A stretch of DNA of 64,000 nucleotides from an uncultured delta proteobacterium. Its GTDB lineage: Bacteria > Myxococcota_A > Polyangia > Haliangiales > Haliangiaceae. Shown here in pieces: positions 59,326-64,000 of this stretch. A model generated the notes under the pieces. The model ran no database searches, was not told where the DNA came from, and worked only from the letters and a program-made list of their open reading frames with translations. Made by a program: the position numbers and the translations under genes. Within the stretch, counting starts at the first letter, position 1; the number at the start of each line of letters is the position of its first letter. The stretch spans positions 3,328,001 to 3,392,000 of the forward strand of contig CAWKDB010000010.1 of the NCBI GenBank assembly GCA_963848295.1. The letters run 5' to 3'.

Positions 59326-60801
59326 GTGAAGACCGCGCGGATTCTCGTCGTCGATGATGACGATCACGTTCGCGACGCACTCGTCGACGAGCTGTCGGAG
59401 CAATATCGCGTCGAAGCGGTCGGCTCGGGCGGCGAAGCATTCGACTGCCTCGCGACCAATCAGTACGACGTGATCATCTCGGATCTCAAGATGCCCGACC
59501 ACGACGGCATCGAGGTCCTCGAGTTTGCTCGCCAGCACCAGCGCGACGTCGTGCGCGTGCTGTTGACCGGATATCTCGACGAGCGCGCGCACCGCGCGCT
59601 GCTCACACCCGATGCGCCGTACAAGGTCGGCAAGCCTTGGCACGACGAGATCGAGGTCGTGGTTCGCCGCGGCCTCGAGCAACGCGATCTCGCTCGCCGG
59701 TTGTCGGCGTCGGTCGAAGACGCGCTCAGCCTCAACACGTTCGACGAGGAGCTCGCAGCTACGCGTACTCCTCTCGAGCTCAGCGAGGTCGTCGTGCGGC
59801 GCGCGCTCACCGTCGAAGGTGTCGGGGCGTGCGCGACCGTCGTGCGCGGTGACACCGGCGAGCACCCTTTCACCGGCGGCGCGGTGCCGCGCGACGGCAC
59901 CGGCTGGTACGTCGACCTACCGCTCGATGGCGAAGGCGAGCTCCGCTTGCGCGCGCGCGGCATCGGCGAGAGTGCGCGCCAGCTGCTCAGCTACATGGCG
60001 CATCGCGCTCAACGCCGCTGCGGCGTGCTCGAGGCGCGCGTGTCGTCGGTCCAGCAGCTCGTCGGGCCGGGCTCTCGCATGAACCAGTTGATGCGGCAGG
60101 CGACGCTCGGGGCGCTGACCTCGTCGCTGCTCCACGACGTGTCATCGATGATGCAGACGCTGTCGGTGGCGCTCGCCGATGTCACCGCCCTCGCCGCAGA
60201 AGGCGCGACGCCGATGTTGACCGAAGCGATCGCGGAAGCCGGTGCCGCCGGCGAGGAGGCGATCCAGCTGTTCGTCCAGATGCGCAAGTTCATCCGCGAC
60301 GGCGAGGTCGCGCTGCGGCGGGTGCGCGCGGATCGACTCGTGTCGCGGGCGGTGCGGCTCGCCGGTGGCTACGTGCGCGAACGCGCGCAGCTCCGTGTCG
60401 GCGAGCTCCCGGTCGTCGACGTTCCGGTCGCCGAGCCGCTGTTCCTGCAGGTGCTCGTGAACCTGCTGCGTAACGCCGCGAATGCGTCGCCGCGCCAAGG
60501 CATCGTCGATCTGCGCGTCAAGCACACCGAGACCGAGGTGATCTTCACCGTCGTCGACGACGGCCCGGGCGTCGCGCCCGAGATCGCCGACTACATGTTC
60601 GAGCCGTTCGCGAGCACGACTCACGGCGGCACCGGCTTGGGTCTCGCGATCTCCGCGTACGTCGTGCAGTTGCTCGGCGGCCGGATCAACTACCGGCGCG
60701 ATGCCGACCGCGGCGCTTGTTTCACGGTCTCGTTGCCGCTCACGAGCTCGGACGACACGCCGACCGGCAAGCTCGCTCGCGCGGGCACGGTCGGCGACTG
60801 A
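59326..60801 (+). CDS. Hybrid REC-histidine kinase
   Basis: VVDDD, SDLKMP, KPW; LLHDVSS; NLLRNA, DDGPG, FEPF, GTGLGL. Confidence 0.85.
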   Translation: MKTARILVVDDDDHVRDALVDELSEQYRVEAVGSGGEAFDCLATNQYDVIISDLKMPDHDGIEVLEFARQHQRDVVRVLLTGYLDERAHRALLTPDAPYKVGKPWHDEIEVVVRRGLEQRDLARRLSASVEDALSLNTFDEELAATRTPLELSEVVVRRALTVEGVGACATVVRGDTGEHPFTGGAVPRDGTGWYVDLPLDGEGELRLRARGIGESARQLLSYMAHRAQRRCGVLEARVSSVQQLVGPGSRMNQLMRQATLGALTSSLLHDVSSMMQTLSVALADVTALAAEGATPMLTEAIAEAGAAGEEAIQLFVQMRKFIRDGEVALRRVRADRLVSRAVRLAGGYVRERAQLRVGELPVVDVPVAEPLFLQVLVNLLRNAANASPRQGIVDLRVKHTETEVIFTVVDDGPGVAPEIADYMFEPFASTTHGGTGLGLAISAYVVQLLGGRINYRRDADRGACFTVSLPLTSSDDTPTGKLARAGTVGD

Positions 60802-61673
60802 TCGAGCACCGACAGGAACACCTTCGACTGCTCGAGTTGCCTGCGTGTGCGGTCGCACAGGTCTTCGAGCTGCTTGCCGGTAAACCCGTTGTCCGCGAGC
60901 ATCGGCGCGAGCTCGTGGTCGCCGTCCTCGCAGCCATCGGAGGTGCCGAACGTCGTCGCGCACAGCTGCGACACGTAGTCCGAGCACGCGACGATCTCGG
61001 TGATCGAGCGCAGCGGGTGGGTGAGCCGATTTCGGACCTCGGGCTTGTGGATCGTGTGATGGCGCTCGATCGGCGTCGCGAGCGTGACCGGGAACCGCCA
61101 ATGCTTCGCGAGCAGCGAGCCGACCCGATCGTGCGAAGGCAGGTCGTGGCGCGCCTCGGCTTCGTGCATGCCGATGCCCTCGGATTTCATCGTGGCGTGC
61201 GCCGCGGCGAGTCGTTCGGGCTCGAGCTTCGCGAGCGCGATCTTGCCCATGTCGTGCAGCAGCCCCGCGGTGAAGCATGCACCGGGGTCGGCGAGCTTGA
61301 GCTCGTTCGCGAGCTCGCGCGCCGCGGTAGCGACGGTGAGCGAGTGTAGCCAAAGCGCGCGTACGTCGAACCCGCCGCCCGTGTCGAGGACGTCGAGCAC
61401 CGAGATGCTCAGCACGAGCTGATACAGCGTGTTGAACCCCACGAACGGGATCGCGCGGGCGACGTCGGACACGCCGCCGGGAATGCCGAAGTACGGCGAG
61501 TTGACGAGCCGGAGCAGCTTCGCCGAGGTCGCCGGATCGGTGCGCAGGATGTCGGCGACCTGCTGGACCGTGACCTGCTTCGAGTGCACGACCTCGCCGA
61601 TGCGCAATGCGACGATCGGCAGGGTCGGCAAGCTGTCGAGAGCGCGAGCGATACGTTCGGTTTCTTGGCCCAT
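60690..61673 (-). CDS. HDOD domain protein
   Basis: LPTLP, DPATSAKLLRLVNSPYFG, W.HS, AGLLHDMGK, W.FP, HH. Confidence 0.9.
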   Translation of the reverse strand: MGQETERIARALDSLPTLPIVALRIGEVVHSKQVTVQQVADILRTDPATSAKLLRLVNSPYFGIPGGVSDVARAIPFVGFNTLYQLVLSISVLDVLDTGGGFDVRALWLHSLTVATAARELANELKLADPGACFTAGLLHDMGKIALAKLEPERLAAAHATMKSEGIGMHEAEARHDLPSHDRVGSLLAKHWRFPVTLATPIERHHTIHKPEVRNRLTHPLRSITEIVACSDYVSQLCATTFGTSDGCEDGDHELAPMLADNGFTGKQLEDLCDRTRRQLEQSKVFLSVLDQSPTVPARASLPVGVSSELVSGNETVKQAPRSASRR

Positions 61674-61948
61674 CACGGTCCTCCGTCGAGTTGCGCGTCG
61701 ACGGCAGCGTCGACGGATTCGATCGCGGCATCGCTGCCGGCATCGAGCGGCCCGCCGTCGCTCGCGTCCACGCCGGCATCGGGGACGCCGAGGTCGTTGC
61801 GCTCGTGGCAGCTGCCGTCGTTCCAGCACACGTCCCCGTCGTCGCAGTCGCTGTTGCGCGCGCAGGCCGCTTGGCCGCAGCCGGCGACGCCGAGCGCCCA
61901 GCACAGCTCGATGACGAGGAGCGCGATCGTGCGCGGCTCAAGGCGCAT
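61673..61948 (-). CDS. Small Cys-rich lipoprotein
   Basis: LGVAGC lipobox, C..NSDC..G.VC..DG.C, PDAGVDAS linker; overlaps both neighbouring genes. Confidence 0.65.
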   Translation of the reverse strand: MRLEPRTIALLVIELCWALGVAGCGQAACARNSDCDDGDVCWNDGSCHERNDLGVPDAGVDASDGGPLDAGSDAAIESVDAAVDAQLDGGP

Positions 61949-62435
61949 CGAACACCATGCTCATGACGAGCTGCGCCTGCATCACGGTATGGCCCGACGG
62001 CAGGTCGTCGCCCGCGAAGTACGCGGTGACCTCGGCCGAGCCGCAGCCCTGCATGTTCGCGGCGACGCGCTTGCACGTCCCGGCGCTCACGACCCCGCCC
62101 CACAGCGTGTAGGGCTTGAAGATGCGCACGCCTCCGCCGGCGAGCCGGACCTTACCGACGAGCAGGCGCACGCCGGCGACCGCGCCGACGCTGCTGCGAT
62201 CGAGCGTCTCGATCAACATGCCGCCGTAACCGTAGACCAGCGGGTCCTCGTTGAACGCGACCGAAGCGGTGCCCGAGAACGTCAGCGGCGAGCTGCGTGT
62301 CGATGGCATGCCATCGCCACCGCCGACCGAGATGCCGTAACCGAGCCGGAGCTCGGCCTCCCACAGCGATTCGGCGTGCGCGCTCGAAGCGAGCCCCGCC
62401 ATCAGGAGAACTCCGAGCGTCAGAGCGAGTCGCAC
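61938..62435 (-). CDS. Secreted small beta-barrel-like hypothetical protein
   Basis: Signal peptide ending SAHA; alternating beta-strand pattern; Cys pair. Confidence 0.6.
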   Translation of the reverse strand: MRLALTLGVLLMAGLASSAHAESLWEAELRLGYGISVGGGDGMPSTRSSPLTFSGTASVAFNEDPLVYGYGGMLIETLDRSSVGAVAGVRLLVGKVRLAGGGVRIFKPYTLWGGVVSAGTCKRVAANMQGCGSAEVTAYFAGDDLPSGHTVMQAQLVMSMVFDAP

Positions 62436-62447
62436 GCAGCTCGTAAA

Positions 62448-62463
62448 GGCAAGCGGCGTGCCG
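62448..62463 (-). promoter_or_regulatory. sigma54 promoter of barrel-lipoprotein-HDOD operon
   Basis: CGGCAC-GCCGC-TTGCC; -12 C is 14 nt before GTG 62435. Confidence 0.7.
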
Positions 62464-62489
62464 CGGCGGAGCGCAGCGGTTCTAGCGAG

Positions 62490-63278
62490 TTACTGGTGCA
62501 GCTCCTTCACGAGCGCGCCAGAATTGGCGACGCGCACCAAGATCGACAGCCGGCGGTTCTGCGGCGCCATCGGATCGGTCTTGACGTACAGCTGTGACGA
62601 CCCGCGCGCGAATACACCGGCGATCTGCGCGCCAGGTACGCCGGCTCCCTCGAACACCTCGCGCGCTTTGGCGGCGCGCTGATACGAGAGGTCCCAGTTC
62701 GATAACTTCGCGCCCGCTGCAAACGGCCGCGCATCGGTGTGGCCGTTGATCTCGAGCGGCGCCTTCGTCGCGGCGAGCATCGGCGCGAGCGCGCGCAAGA
62801 AGCGTTCGAGCGGTTCCTTGAGCTTGGCCGACGACACGTCGAACAGCAGGCCCTTGCCATCGTCGACCGCTTCGATCAACACGCCATCGGAGGTGACCTC
62901 GACGTGGACGTTGCGAATGACGTCGGCGAGCTCGGCGTCGACTGCGGCGAGGCGCGCGAGCGAGTCCTTGAGCTCGTGCGAGATCGTGTCCATCGACTCT
63001 TGCCCGGGCGGCGGCGGGGTCGGTGCCTCTTCGATCACCGACGGCGTGACCTGCGCAGCCTTGTTCATCGCGAGATCGCCGGTCGGCAAGATGCCGGTGC
63101 GGAAGTACTCCGAGATCTCTTTGCGGCTCGCCGCGTCGGTCGACGCGAGCAGCCACATCACCATGAACAACGCCATCATCGCGGTGACGAAGTCGGCATA
63201 CGCGACCTTCCACGCTCCGCCGTGGTGACCGTGGCCACCGTCGACCTTCTTGATGACTCTGCGCCGCGCGGCTTCCAT
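62490..63278 (-). CDS. motB: Stator protein MotB
   Basis: GGAWKVAYADFVTAMMALF, GHTD, NWDLS..RA, NRR. Confidence 0.95.
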   Translation of the reverse strand: MEAARRRVIKKVDGGHGHHGGAWKVAYADFVTAMMALFMVMWLLASTDAASRKEISEYFRTGILPTGDLAMNKAAQVTPSVIEEAPTPPPPGQESMDTISHELKDSLARLAAVDAELADVIRNVHVEVTSDGVLIEAVDDGKGLLFDVSSAKLKEPLERFLRALAPMLAATKAPLEINGHTDARPFAAGAKLSNWDLSYQRAAKAREVFEGAGVPGAQIAGVFARGSSQLYVKTDPMAPQNRRLSILVRVANSGALVKELHQ

Positions 63279-63279
63279 C

Positions 63280-64000
63280 TCAGCTGCCCTTGATCGATTG
63301 CAGGGCCTTGTCGACGTCGGCGAAGCTCGGCCGCTCGTCGCTGAAGATCTGCTTGCGGCCGAACTCGACCGCGGTCGGCGGCGCGACGCCACGCGCCGAC
63401 GCGATCACCGCAGCCTTGATCACTTGCAGGAAGCGCAGCTGGTGCACCTCCTGCGTCTCGGCGTTGTTCGCGAGCGGCGACAGCACGCCGTAGCACATCA
63501 GGATGCCGAGGAACGTCCCGACGAGCGCGGCCGCGACATGGTGGCCGATCTCGGCCGGCGGCGCATCCATGTGTCCCATCGTCACGATGATGCCGAGCAC
63601 GGCGGCGACGATGCCGATGCCGGGCAGCGCGTCACCGACGGTCTTGACCAGGCCGGTCGCGAGATGGCCCTCGGCCTTGAGCGTGTCGATCTCGGCGTCG
63701 AGCAATGACTCGAGATCGTCCGGAGAGATGCCGTTGACGATCTGTTGCAGCGCCTCGGCGAGATACGTCCGGGCATGGTGTTGCTTCGCGACGCCGGGGT
63801 ACTTCTTGAAGATGTCGGACTTCGCGGGCTCGTTGACGTGTGCCTCGAGCGCGAGCACGCCTTGCCGGCGCGCGAGCATGAACAGCTCGTACTGACACTT
63901 GAGCAGATCGAGGTAATCGGCCTTCTTCGGGATCGCATCCTTCATCGCAGTCTTGAACGCGGCGATCACGCGCTTCTTCATCATGCCGGGCGAGCTCGTG
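63280..64000 (-). CDS. motA: Stator protein MotA (5' end outside window)
   Basis: G.LALE, DALPG.GIVAAVLG, AALVGTFLG, AVEFGRK. Confidence 0.93.
   Translation of the reverse strand, partial: TSSPGMMKKRVIAAFKTAMKDAIPKKADYLDLLKCQYELFMLARRQGVLALEAHVNEPAKSDIFKKYPGVAKQHHARTYLAEALQQIVNGISPDDLESLLDAEIDTLKAEGHLATGLVKTVGDALPGIGIVAAVLGIIVTMGHMDAPPAEIGHHVAAALVGTFLGILMCYGVLSPLANNAETQEVHQLRFLQVIKAAVIASARGVAPPTAVEFGRKQIFSDERPSFADVDKALQSIKGS

Overview
Very GC-rich bacterial DNA with hallmarks of Myxococcota (inferred: Hanks-type Ser/Thr kinases, Cys-rich lipoproteins with PDAG/DA linkers, a choice-of-anchor Q beta-helix lipoprotein, several sigma54 activators). The first ~11 kb is a mixed accessory region: lipoproteins, YgiQ radical SAM, a TetR/SDR cassette, a kinase, a DUF4241-like gene and several tandem-repeat arrays. 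From ~11.1 kb to the right edge lies an apparently intact flagellar supercluster: flgB-fliEFGHIJK-flgDE, fliMNOPQR, flhBAFG-fliA, flgFGAHIJMNKL, fliCDST, fliL and motAB (motA is cut by the edge). It includes a pseudaminic-acid/Maf flagellin glycosylation pathway, a second FliA, a second FlhG, two sigma54 activators and unusual signalling proteins. Most notable observations: (1) a 57-bp, stop-free, two-hairpin dispersed element with compensatory base changes, present as a tandem array and inserted in-frame in two unrelated genes; (2) nine sigma54 -24/-12 boxes lying 14-19 nt before start codons (apparently leaderless mRNAs), seven with a 17-bp palindrome at near-fixed spacing upstream; (3) a complete flagellum in a probable myxobacterium; (4) a degenerate GspE/PilB N-domain fused to a Ser/Thr kinase, a split histidine kinase, and unknown envelope genes inside the flagellar regulon. 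All calls come from reading motifs by eye; no database searches were run.
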